Assembly (NCBI RefSeq): GCF_902713615.1
Contig: NC_052151.1
Location: forward strand, 157,189,050 to 157,253,049
Source: Scyliorhinus canicula
Taxonomy: Eukaryota
DNA length: 64,000 nucleotides
Direction: 5' to 3'
Under the pieces are notes generated by a model that worked only from the letters and a program-made list of their open reading frames with translations, was not told the origin of the DNA and searched no databases. This document shows, piece by piece, positions 39,378 through 50,900 of the stretch. Every line of letters begins with the position of its first letter. Position 1 is the stretch's first letter. Both the position numbers and the translations under genes were made by a program.

Positions 39378-40245
39378 TAATAATAATCTTTTTTATTGTC
39401 ACAAGTAGGCTTACGTTAACACTGTTATGACACAGGGTTCAGAGAGCCCCAAAGTGTATCATGGAGTTCACCTGACCCACAATTTTTAATAGATTATGGT
39501 ATGGGGAGCACACAGTCCACTCTACAGGTGTGGTACAGCAGAAGTGGAAAAGTATTTTTTTAAAGCAAAACAATATTTATTCTATGAACTCAAGTTACCC
39601 TTTTTAAAACATACATTGAAGATCTTAGCAACCATCAATTCAAATACAACCCCAAAAGAGTACAACACTAAGTAATCCTTAATAACTTTCCAAACAACAT
39701 CCAGAAGACAAAAGAAACACCTTTTAACAGAAGCACATCAGGTTTAAATTCATTACTGAAAACATTTATAATTCTGAATTCACCAAATGATCAAGAGGTA
39801 GTCGTTTCATCAACAGCACACCTGCTTTGTCTGGCTTCAGCTCCAACACTGAAAAGAAAACTAAAACACACCCTGCAGCAAACAACCTAAAACGAAAGTA
39901 CAAAGCTGACAGACAGCCCAGCTCCACCCACTCTCTGACATCACTGCAGTAATAAACACCCATTTCTTAAAGGTACTCTCACATGACAGCACTTCAATGA
40001 AGTTACTGTGAAAATCTCCTAGTCACCACACTCGGGTATCAGTCCGGGTACACAGAGGGAGAATTCAGAATGTCCAATTCACCTAACAAGCATGCCTTTT
40101 GGGACTTGTGGGAGGAAACCGGGGCACCCCGAGGAAACCCATGCAGACATGGGGAGAACGTGCAGACTCCGCACAAACAATGACCCAAGCCGGGATTCGA
40201 ACCCGGATCCCTGGTGCTGTGAAGCAACAGTGCTAACCACTGTGC
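39378..40245 (-). mobile_element. V-SINE ((ATT)n tail) split by a solo LTR
   Basis: Tail 39378-39422 continues the body at 39989-40245. Confidence 0.85.
39423..39988. mobile_element. Solo LTR
   Basis: tgttatg...catgaca inverted ends; TSD ACAC/GCAC; interrupts the SINE cleanly. Confidence 0.78.
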
Positions 40246-41008
40246 ATGGGAAATTTTACAGAACCTTCCCTACAGAAATTAACTTTAAGTGGAGTCCACC
40301 ATAAAGTTAAATTATACAACTTCTGCAGAAGCAGTGAGTATGATGGTGTGAATGGCCTTTATCTGTTCCATTTATTCTCGGGTTAGTGTTAGTGTGAGTA
40401 CCAGAGGTCATTTTTCATGAGAAAAGACATTAAAGGACAAATTCCAAAGTGCAAACACAACCACCCAAGTAAACCATGTGGAAGAGAACAGGCTAGTCGG
40501 GATGTAAGAATTGGAAATGCCAAACTTTGATTTTAAAGTCTATATATTGTACATATAACAAATGGCTGAGGAAAATAAAGTGTTTCCCAATTTTGAAGTC
40601 CTGAAAAAGAGTAAGTCACAGGAATAGAACCATGGAAATCTACAGCTTAGAACATAACCATTTGGAACATCATGTGCCAGATCCTTGTTGGAACACTTAA
40701 AAACTGATTACACTTCCTATGACTTCCTAATAGTCTAATGTTTTCCTCTACTTCAAACATTGCCTGATTTTGCCTTAAGAGGTCTAACATTCTGTATCAA
40801 CTATTACCTGTGTTCGGATACTGGACCAGACCCCAACATTTGTTAGGATAGCGGACAAGAACCCCAAACAATATTTCCAATGTGTAAAACCATGAGGAAA
40901 GGATATTGCACCCCAGGTGTGTTGACTCTGACCAATGGGTATCTTTTATGTCAAACAAACTTTAATTTAAACATAAAATTAACCACATTAGCATGAAATA
41001 AAATAGCT

Positions 41009-41789
41009 TGTTGCTCTTTTATCTTTATTAATAATAACCACAAGACATAAGTATGTTCCTTGTATTGGACAAATGACCACACAACCAGTATATTAGGTCA
41101 ATTATTGTTTATTATTAAACACAGGCTTGGTTCTATGCGTAATAATCTACACGTGGCTACGTATTAAACTATACCTAAACGTTTAAATGACCTTTACTTC
41201 ACTTTCAAGTGACTGGCTCTGTGTAGGTTAAACAAGGCCTTTGTCAGAATCCCCACGCGTAGCGGCTGGAAGTCGTCAGGTATGTCTAGGCTGTAGCTCG
41301 TCCTTCAGGTAACGATCGCGGGTTCTTGAACTTGGCTGGTCGAGGTGCTGCAGTTGGTAGGGGCAGAGGCCAGTCCCAAAAGAGACAGAATATTGGTCGC
41401 ACAGTTCTTCTTATCCTCCAATCTTTCACGCTCTTTTGGGTGATCCAAACTCGGAATCCAATGGATCGATAGGATTTTGATCACCCTAATCAATTCTGGC
41501 CAATTTGGGGGGGGCACCTTGATAGCTGGGCAGGTCCTAGTTGTCATTGTCGAAGACACGTAGGCACTCCCAAATAAGGTAAATAGGCACCCCCTAGTCT
41601 ATTACTGCTGCTATGTTTCAATCTGTGTCCCATTGTCCTGGGGAAATCAGTGATTGACCTTTAGCAGGTGCAAGTATCGATGTAGGTCTGGGTTCCTCTG
41701 CACAATACACAGGGACTGTGTATCGCCTGTGTCCCAACCTAACCACAATTCCCATTATCCTTTGTGGACGGCCATTTTAGATGGCCACA
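41009..41789 (-). mobile_element. Solo LTR inserted in the Gmr1 3' LTR
   Basis: tgttgctct...gatggccaca; perfect TSD AGCT (41005-41008, 41790-41793). Confidence 0.82.
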
Positions 41790-43713
41790 AGCTTTACAAT
41801 GATCAGTTAAACAATTCTAAAACACAAGGAAAAACTTAAACTTACGATCTATACCTGCTACTAACTCCAATTAAGCAACCCAATACAGTTCAAATGCTAC
41901 TTATAAATAGAGTTAAGAGATCACATGTTTAGTTGTGTAGACCTTTGGAGAGAGTTCCATTCAAGAGCAGATTCGGTATACTTCTGATCAACCCAGCAGA
42001 ATTTGGCAAAACTGTTGTTCAACTTAAAATCCTTCTGTCTGGTCCGACCCAAATCCTATGCCAAACTGTAAAACTACAAATAGACCTGGATCCTTCCATT
42101 AATTACATTATCTGTATCCCACTAAGATGCCACTTAATCTGCTTAGCTAGGACTAAGTATAAGCCCTCACAAGTTATCTACTCTCCAGAGAATCTTCAGC
42201 AATCATAACAATGTCCCATTAGCCCTTTATCTGTAATCAATTAAATGGATAGAATCAATCATGACCTCAACTCTTGCGATTTTACCACTTTAGCAGACAC
42301 AGTCTGGATGCCTTAACCTAGGTTCTTTAATAATATTACTGTGACAAATATATGCTTTGTCCCAGATTTTTAAAAATATTTTCTTACATTTATCACACCT
42401 CCCCCTTAAAAAATGAACCAGCAGTATGGAAAGATGCCTTCATTTTTCAAAGCCACTACTATTACGTTATATGATACAAATCTAATCATATTTATGCATG
42501 CTAATTTAAACATTAATATAGTCCATTTAAATCTTTCATTCCAAACTTTGAACATTCCATTTTCTTTACAACTCAAAGTCATGTTAAAGCATCTGTAATC
42601 ACATTTCTCATTCTGCTACATGTATCATTATCAAGTTAAATGGTTGAAGCAATAAATTCCATCAAAACAGTCTGGCATTTCTATCTTTAAACCTCATTGG
42701 ATTATGGCCTGTATAAGCAATTGTCTCTGAAGAAGTGTCAGGAACATAAATGTCAAAATATTGCAAAGCCAATACCAAACTCAATGTCTCCTTCTCAGTG
42801 GTTGAATATTTATTTTGATGGACATTTTTGTTTTTTTGGAAAAGTGACCAACAGGTCTATTATACTTTTGTTGTCTTCTTGTAACAGTACAGCACCAATG
42901 CCAACATCATTCACATCAATGGCCACCTTAAATTGCTTGTCTTAATTCCAAAACTAGTGTGGCAGTCAATTCAGTTTTCAGACTGTCGAATGCCTCCTGA
43001 CATTCTGACGTCCAATGAAACCTCCAGTTCTTTTTTAAGAATTCAGTCAGTGGGCCAACCACACGGCTGAAATTTGGCATGAATTTTCTGCAGAAATCAC
43101 TCATGCCCAGAAATCTCAGAACATGTCTTCTCATTGATTTTATTGGGAACTCCCCAATAGCTTTAGTTTTCACACCCCGTGGTGCCAACTAATCATGTCT
43201 AACAGTATGGTCTAAGAATGTGACTTGGGCTTTCAGAAGCTCACTTGTAGTCAAATTTATCAAGAAGCCAGCCTCCTGTAGTCGATCAAAAACGTCCTTT
43301 AAATGTTCCAAATGCTCCTTCCGCTTTTGACTGAACACCACCGGATACACAATTCTTTAGTCCAGAAATTACCTTGCTGGTTAGTTTGTCGAATCTTGCT
43401 GGTGTTCATTCCAAACGGAATAACTTTAAACTGATACAGACCATTTGACATTACAAAAGCTGAAACTTCCTTCATCTTCCGTTTAGTAATTCAATTTTGG
43501 TAATGAATTTTGCTTGCCCCACCTTTTCAATACAGCCTTCCAAATGAGGAATAGGATATGAATCTGGCTTCATAACTGCACTGCCATTCATGCAATCCAC
43601 ACACAGTTGTTACGCTCCATCTTGTTTTGGGACCATCACAATAGATAGAGAAATACAGCACAGAACAGGCCCTTCGGCCCACGATGTTGCATCGAACTTT
43701 TGTCCTAAGTTAA

Positions 43714-43922
43714 TCAAAGAATTTTGGACAATTTTTCATGGCCAATCCACCCAACCTGCACATCTTTGGACTGTGGGAGGAAACCGGAGTACCCGGAGGA
43801 AACCCACGAAGTCACGGGGAGGATGTGCAGACTCCACACAGACAGTGACCCAAGTCGAAATCGAACTTGGGACCCTGGAGCTGTGAAGCAATTGTGCTAT
43901 CCACAATGCTACCGTGCTGCCC
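43714..43922 (-). mobile_element. Shortened V-SINE embedded in the CR1 3' UTR
   Basis: Head and V core lie between the ORF2 stop and the CR1 tail; AAGTTAA repeated at 43707-43713 and 43928-43934. Confidence 0.85.
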
Positions 43923-43955
43923 TTAAGAAGTTAACCTACACTCCATTATTCTACC

Positions 43956-45578
43956 CTAATCCATGTACCTATCCAATAGCCGCTTGAAGGTCCCTAACGT
44001 TTCCGACTCAACTACTTCCACAGGCAGTGCATTCCATGCCCCCACTACTCTCTGGGTAAAGAACCTACCTCTGACATCCCCTCTATATCTTCCACCATTT
44101 ATCTTAAATTTATATCCTCTTGTAATGGTGTGTTCCACCCGGGGAAAAAGTCTCTGACTGTCTGTTCTATCTATTCCCCTAATCATCTTATAAACCTCTA
44201 TCAAGTCGCCCCTCACCCTTCTCCGTTCTAATGAGAAAAGGCCTAGCACCCTCAACCTTTCCTCGTATGACCTACTCTCCATTCCAGGCAACATCCTGGT
44301 AAATCTCCTTTGCACCTTTTCCAAAGCTTCCACATCCTTCCTAAAATGAGGCGACCAGAACTGCACACAGTACTCCAAATGTGGCCTGACCAAGGTTTTG
44401 TACAGCTGCATCATCACCTCACGGCTCTTAAATTCAATCCCTCTGCTAATGAACGCTAGCACACCATAGGCCTTCTTCACAGCTCTATCCACTTGAGTGG
44501 CAACTTTCAAAGATTTATGAACATAGACCCCAAGATCTCTTTGCTCCTCCACATTGCCAAGAACCCTACCGTTAACCCTGTATTCCGCATTCATATTTGT
44601 CCTTCCAAAACGGACAACCTCACACTTGTCAGGGTTAAACTCCATCTGCCACTTCTCAGCCCAGCCCTGCATTCTATCTATGTCTCTTTGAAGCCGATAA
44701 CAGCCCTCCTCACTATCCACAACTCCACCAATCTTCGTATCATCTGCAAATTTACTGACCCACCCTTCAACTCCCTCATCCACGTCGTTAATGAAATTCA
44801 CAAACAGCAGAGGACCCAGAACTGATCCCTGCGGTACACCACTGATAACTGGGCTCCAGGTTGAATATTTGCCATCCACCACCACTCTCTGTCTTCTATC
44901 GGTTAGCCAGTTTGTTATCCAACTGGCCAAATTTCCCACTATCCCATGCCTCCTCACTTTCTGCACAAGCCTACAATGGGGAACCTTATCAAATACCTTA
45001 CTAAAATCCATGTACACTACATCCACTGCTTTACCTTCATCCACATGCTTGGTCACCTCCTCAAAGAAGTCAATAAGACTTGTGAGGCAAGACCTACCCC
45101 TCACAAATCCGTGCTGACTATCCCTAATCAAGCAGTTCCTTTCTAGATGCTCAGAAATCCTATCCCTCAGTACCCTTTCCATTACTTTGCCTACCACCGA
45201 AGTAAGACTAACTGGCCTGTAATTCCCAGGGTTATCCCTATTCCCTTTTTTAAACAGGGGCACGACATTCGCCACTCTCCAATCCTCTGATACCACCCCT
45301 GTTGACAGCGAGGACGAAAAGATCATTGCCAACGGCTCTGCAATTTCATTTCTTGCTTCCCATAGAATCCTTGGATATATCCCGTCAGGCCCGGGGGACT
45401 TGTCTATCCTCAAGTTTTTCAAAACGCGCAACACATCTTCCTTCCTGACAAGTATCTCCTCGAGCTTATCAGTCTGTTTCACACTGTCCTCTCCAACAAT
45501 ATGGCCCCTCTCATTTGTAAATACTGAAGAAAAGTACTCGTTCAAGACCTCTCCTATCTCTTCAGACTCAATACACAA
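43956..45578 (-). CDS. CR1 ORF2 reverse transcriptase (5'-truncated, 540 uninterrupted codons)
   Basis: NYRPVSLTS, QHGFVRGRSCLT, YMDFSKVFDKVPH, GVPQGSVLGPLLF, KFADDTK, RPHLEYCVQFWSP. Confidence 0.95.
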   Translation of the reverse strand: MCIESEEIGEVLNEYFSSVFTNERGHIVGEDSVKQTDKLEEILVRKEDVLRVLKNLRIDKSPGPDGIYPRILWEARNEIAEPLAMIFSSSLSTGVVSEDWRVANVVPLFKKGNRDNPGNYRPVSLTSVVGKVMERVLRDRISEHLERNCLIRDSQHGFVRGRSCLTSLIDFFEEVTKHVDEGKAVDVVYMDFSKVFDKVPHCRLVQKVRRHGIVGNLASWITNWLTDRRQRVVVDGKYSTWSPVISGVPQGSVLGPLLFVNFINDVDEGVEGWVSKFADDTKIGGVVDSEEGCYRLQRDIDRMQGWAEKWQMEFNPDKCEVVRFGRTNMNAEYRVNGRVLGNVEEQRDLGVYVHKSLKVATQVDRAVKKAYGVLAFISRGIEFKSREVMMQLYKTLVRPHLEYCVQFWSPHFRKDVEALEKVQRRFTRMLPGMESRSYEERLRVLGLFSLERRRVRGDLIEVYKMIRGIDRTDSQRLFPRVEHTITRGYKFKINGGRYRGDVRGRFFTQRVVGAWNALPVEVVESETLGTFKRLLDRYMD

Positions 45579-45615
45579 TCTCCCGCTACTGTCCTTGATC
45601 GGACCTACCCTCGCT

Positions 45616-47842
45616 CAGGGCCAGCTCAAGGTACCGGCAACTCGGGCAGTCGCCCGGGGCGCCATGTGCTAGGGGGCGCTAGGAACCCTTTACAAATGTT
45701 CAGTCATTGCTGTGAATTGCTGGTACAGTGAGATTTATTTAGTGACTTTTGAACAAGTCCTCAACGGGAAGGGAAGACGCATATTTGCTTTGATGTCTGC
45801 CGAGATAGTGAAGCAAGCCCGGTTCTACATTTGGGTTCACATATGGAGGGGGAGGGGGGGGGATTGGTAAACACAACCATCGGGCCTGCTGCTGGGGCCA
45901 CAGGGCTGACCCGCCGCCTATAAATGTCAATAACGTCTTGTTAGAATCAAATACCTGCAGCACTCCACCACCTCTTAGATCAAAGCAAATCACTGAGGAT
46001 GCCGGAGACGGAGACAATCCACCCTCCCATCCCCCCACCCCACCCAGAACAGACAGAACAATCTCAGCAGGTCTGACAGCCTCTGTGGAGATAGAGATCT
46101 GCAGATGGGATTAGCTTTGTATTTGCAGTTCTGCTTCCCGTTCACTGGACGAAGAATGATCCGGACTCCAAACCTTAGCTCCGAGGTTCTCTCTCCACTT
46201 CGTGTGACCCCCCACCAAAAAAAAAGGTTAAGAGTTCCAGTCGCCTGAATCAACAGCCTTGGCTCTGGGAAATACTAATTCTGTTGTAAGAAATCTGCAA
46301 CAACAACAAACATATTGACCAGACAAGAGAACAAGGTGAAGTGATTCTGTCAGCGGAGATTCCCTCTGTGGACGGGGCAGACAGGCTTGGGGGTGGGGGG
46401 GGGGGGAATGGATAATTCCCTCAATTATACACTGTCTCACCCAATGAGTAGATGAGTAGAGTAAAATAAGAATTAATCACAGGTGCGTTTGCCAGTGTAT
46501 TTGGTGTGTTAACCATTAATAAATCACAGTTTCTTACTGTCGTTAATGATTACAGAGAAATGGACACCAATTTGTAGCAATCTGAGTTTTGGCAGAGAAT
46601 TCCGTTTTGTCATTGGGAGGAGAAGGTAACAATGCTGTCAACTTTCAGCCTCTCTCTCTCTCTCTCTCTCCTCTTTCTCAGTGGCTAGTAGCGACATCAT
46701 CAGGCAGTGTTAATAAGGTGGGGTGTGCGGGCAGAGTCTGTCCTCAGGTACTCCAAACCCTCCACTGGACAACAATGCAGAGATCACCCATTGAAAAAAC
46801 CAATGCGTTCTCCAAACTCTTCTTCAGGTAAGCTCCTTCCGCATTCCGAGCCACCCCTCTCTTCCTCTCTCTCTCTGTCTCACTCCTCTTGTTCTCACCG
46901 CGGGGAGGGGGTGAAATGAATCGTTCCCACACTTTTCCCGGAATCACTGCAGGGTTGGTATTGATTAACCTGCCCCTGGCACCCAGCCTGAAATGCCACG
47001 GCCATGTCCCTTTCACACGAGCGGCGTTGCTGCACTTCGGGCATTTCAAGGTCCAGGGCAACGACTCCCACCAAGTGGCAACTGACCTTACCCCGGTCTT
47101 GCTGTTTGCCAATCAGCTCCCTAACTCGCCGGAGAAACCAGAGCTTCACCGGAGCGCCGGCGACGCTTCAGCTGTCTGTCCTTTGAAGTCTCAAAACTCT
47201 TCCGAAACTTTGCTCCAACTTTTTTTCACCCCCTTGACCACACGCCTGAGACCGCTTGACGGTGCAGAGGCCAACAATCACGAGTTCGCTTCAGACGTCC
47301 TTTTGCAGCCGCGAAAAGGGAAAAGTCTGACATCTGGTTAAAGTTACTGAATGTGCAGCACATGCATCTGAGGGAGAAAGTTTCGCGGATCGTCGCTCGG
47401 GTGATTCAGAAACATTTCATTTGTTATCAATTGGACAGCGTTCGGGTCCTGTCCTGACCATCATGGTATGTTTTGAGAGGCAGACAGTTTTTGTTTTTTA
47501 AATGAGAGACAGGTTAGTTGTGTACACAGTGAATTGAAGATCGGTCCTGGACAGAATATAGAAACGAAAAAATTTCTACCCATTAAAAGTTGTGAGGCTA
47601 AATGAGAACTATTTGCCAAATGGCTCTGGGGTGACTCGTGTGTCCAGCAGTGGGTCCGGGAAGCGGTTCGCGTTACTGTACAGAGTGGCTGAGCTGTGAA
47701 CGCCGCCAAGTTGTATTGTAACTGCTGAATTTTTATTCTACATTTTCAGTTTTTCTCCTTGTGAAAATTTAAAAAAATTATATTTGTAAGGGCGCCGAAG
47801 TTCAGCTTGCCCGGGGTGCCAGCAACCCTAGGGCCGGCGCTG
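45616..47842. mobile_element. Non-autonomous hAT (Tip100/MER45-like ends) carrying a captured CFTR fragment
   Basis: Ends CAGGGCCAGCTCAAGG and (reverse complement) CAGCGCCGGCCCTAGG, 12/16 match; 8-bp TSD CCCTCGCT (45608-45615) / CCCTCACT (47843-47850); GGCGCC-rich subtermini; no transposase. Confidence 0.85.
46775..46827 (+). pseudogene. CFTR: CFTR exon 1 coding segment, intact but apparently a transposon-borne gene fragment
   Basis: MQRSPIEKTNAFSKLFF-R| versus human MQRSPLEKASVVSKLFFS; 53 coding nt and phase-2 donor AG|gtaagc as in vertebrate CFTR exon 1; exon 2 not seen downstream in the window. Confidence 0.9.
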
Positions 47843-48827
47843 CCCTCACTCCTAGATGAGCTCCTGTCGCTGCAACTCACTTCAATGGTATTATTCTTAA
47901 GCATACTTTCAATCTCCTTTTGTGCCTGTGCCAACTTTAGTGGATTTAGTCTATATGAATGTTGTTTAATTGGAATATAATTTCCTACCTCTATATCATG
48001 TATAATCACCTTTGTACTTCCTAGTTTGTTACCACAAGTAGCTCTATGTGACTGCAACAGCTCTTTCAGGCCACTCGGAATTTCCTGTGGAAGGTAACTC
48101 AATAATGCATCCAAATTTCTTCCTGCGTCCTCATTGTCCAATCCAATCCATTGGATTTATCTCTTCTCTCTGAATCATAATGACTAACACATCCTCCTCA
48201 TTTCCTTCCCTATCAAAATACATTTTCAGCATATCAACATGACATACCCGTGAGTTTTCCTTCTATCTGGCATTCTTATCAAATTATTCACCTCACTCAA
48301 TTTCCTTTTGATTTGATAAGGCCCACTAAATCTTGTTTTTAATGGTTCAACTACCACTGGTAACAATACTAATATTTTCTCCCCACTAATAAAACCTCGA
48401 GTTTTTGATGTCTTGTCCGCCTCTTTTTTTCATCATGTGCTGTGACGATTTTAAATGCTGTCTAGTGAAATCACCAGCTCTATTTATTCCCTCCCTAAAG
48501 TTGATACATAGTCCAACAAGGTAGTCTCCGAATGCTGAATCACCAATTTCTCTTTGATCAATTTAAGTGGTCCCCTCACCTCATGACCAAAAATCAATTC
48601 AAACGGACTGAATTTGATTGATTTATTAATTGTATCACTAATTACAAATAAAACAAATGGAATTCCTTTATCCCAATCCTCTGGATACTCCTGACTAGAG
48701 GCCCTCAACATATTCTCCAAAGTTTGATGCCACCTTTCGAACACTCCCTGCAATTCTGGACTATATGCAGTTGGTTTAAATTGCTTAACTCCTAAGCTAT
48801 CCATAATGTTCCTGAATAACTTTGACA

Positions 48828-49148
48828 TGGGCAGCACGGTGGCACAGTGGTTAGTACTGCTGCCTCATAGCGCCAGGGACCCAGGTTCAATTCTGACCTC
48901 GGAATTTGCACTTTCTCCCTGTGTCTGCATGGGTTTCCTCCGGGTGTTCCGGTTTCCTCCCACAGTCCAGAGGTGTGTAGGTTAGGTTGATTGACATGCT
49001 AAATTGCCCCCTTGTGGTGCAAAGGTTAGGTGGGGTTCTGGAATTGCAGGGGGGTGGGGGGGTGGCCTAGGTAGAGTGCTCTTTCAGAGAGTCGGTGCAG
49101 ACTCGATGGGTCAAATGGCCTCCTTCTGCACTGTAGGGATTCTATGAT
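48828..49148 (+). mobile_element. V-SINE inserted in the Gmr1 integrase
   Basis: Head ggcagcacggtggcacagtggttag, V core, tail ggattctatga. Confidence 0.9.
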
Positions 49149-49226
49149 AAAATTGGAATCCTGATCTGATTGGATTTCTTTTGGTAGTCAGTGTCTGGTA
49201 CAAACTTTTAGTTAAGTCCTCTACAA

Positions 49227-49412
49227 CAGTGCTTCTCAAAGTGTGGTACGCGTACCGGCACCGGTACGCGAGCCATCGTCTGCCGGTACTTGGAGTGTTT
49301 CCAGAAAAGAAAGAGACAGTAATCCTGGATTGGCTTGTTTCGCTCACCGGTCCCTGGCACATTGGAAAAAAAAATTGCCGGTACGCCACATCAGATAGTT
49401 TGAGATGCACTG
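49227..49412. mobile_element. 186-bp hAT (Charlie-like) MITE
   Basis: TIRs CAGTGCTTCTCAAA / TTTGAGATGCACTG; perfect 8-bp TSD CTCTACAA. Confidence 0.92.
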
Positions 49413-49934
49413 CTCTACAATACTTTTAGCTGTAATTTTTCTTAATTGGATGGCCTCCGGAAATCTATTAGACGCATCCATTATGGTCACCAAATACTGA
49501 TTCCCACTTTTCGTCTTAGTATGGGGTCCCATGCAATCAATTAGGACCCTAGTAAGAGGTTCCTCAAATTCCGGAATGGGTATTAAGAGTGCTAGTTTGA
49601 TTACTGCTTGAGGTTTTCCTATTATCTGTCATGTGTGACATGTACGGCAAAATTGAACAAAATCCTTATGAAGTCCAGATCAATAAAAATGATTTTATAT
49701 TTTTGCTTGAGTTTTCCTTATTCCTAAATGACCCCACTACTGGGCTCATTCACCATCCAGAAAACCTCCTTTCTATAACCCACCAGTAATACAGCTTGAT
49801 GAACTTCGGCCTATTTTTCATCTGCCTGAATATGTAAAGGTCTCCACTCCCTAATTAATACATTATTTCAAATGTAATGGAACTCCGGTATACACTAAGG
49901 TTCTACTTTTGTGCATGTGTTCTGATTTTTTAAA

Positions 49935-50900
49935 AATTCATTTACGGGTTGTGGGTGAAGGAACGGCGATATATTTCCAAGTCAGGGTGGTAAGTGACTT
50001 GGAGCGGGAACCTCCAGGTGGGGGGTTTCCCAGGTAACTGCTGCTCTTGACCTTCTAGATGGTAGTGGTCGTGGGTTTGGGAGGTGCTGCACAAGGAACC
50101 TGCAGTGCACCTTTGTAGATGGCACATACCACTGCCTGTGTTTGTCGGTGATGAAGGGATTGAATGTTTGTGGAAGGGTTAGCAATCAACTGGGCTGCTT
50201 TGTTCTGTATGGTGTCAAGCTTCTTGAATGTTGTTGGAGCTGCACTCACCCAGGCAAGTGGAGAGTATTCCATTATGAACCTGACTTGTGCCTTCTAGAT
50301 GGTGGACATGCTTTGGGAGATCAGGTGGTTGGGTTACTCATCAGAGGATTCCTAGCCTTTGACCTGCTCTGGTAGCCACAGTATTTGTATGGCTATCCAT
50401 TTCAGTTTCTGATCAATTATAGCACCCAAGATGTTGATTGTGGGTGATTCAGCGATGGTAATGCCAGTAAATGTCAAGGGGCAATCATTAGATCCTCTCT
50501 TGTAATAAGATAAGGTAATTGCCTGGCACTTCTGTGGCACAAATGTAACTTGCCACTTGTCAGCCCAAGCCTGGATATTATCCAGGTCTTGCTGCATTTG
50601 AACATGGACTGCTTCATTATCTGAGGAGTCGTGGATGGTGCTGAACATTGTGCAGTCATCTGCGAGCATTCCTACGTCTGACCCTATGATGGAAGGGAGG
50701 TCATTGATGAATCAGCTGAAGGTGGTGGGGCCGAGGACACTGCCCAGAGGAACTCCTGCAATGACGTCCTGAAGCTGAGATGATTGAACTCCAACCATCA
50801 CAACCAGCTTCCTTTGTGCCAGGTATGACTCCAACCAGCAGTGATTTTTCCCCCAGATTCCCATTGACTCAAGTTTTGTTCTGGTTCCTTGATGCCATAC
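49935..50900 (-). mobile_element. CR1/L2-group LINE RT fragment
   Basis: GVPLGSVLGPTTFS, MLADDCTMFS, MEYSPLAW...LDTIQNKAA. Confidence 0.85.

Larger units (their letters stand above)
43647..47852 (-). mobile_element. Young 5'-truncated CR1 LINE (contains the hAT insertion near its 5' end)
   Basis: TAGAT at 43642-43646 and 47853-47857; removing the insert restores the Gypsy RT frame EVSCSDRSSSIVMVPKQDG. Confidence 0.88.

Noticed and set aside
46889-47341. 150-aa ORF inside the hAT element
   Set aside because: No recognisable domain or transposase motif; lies in presumed CFTR intron 1 sequence.
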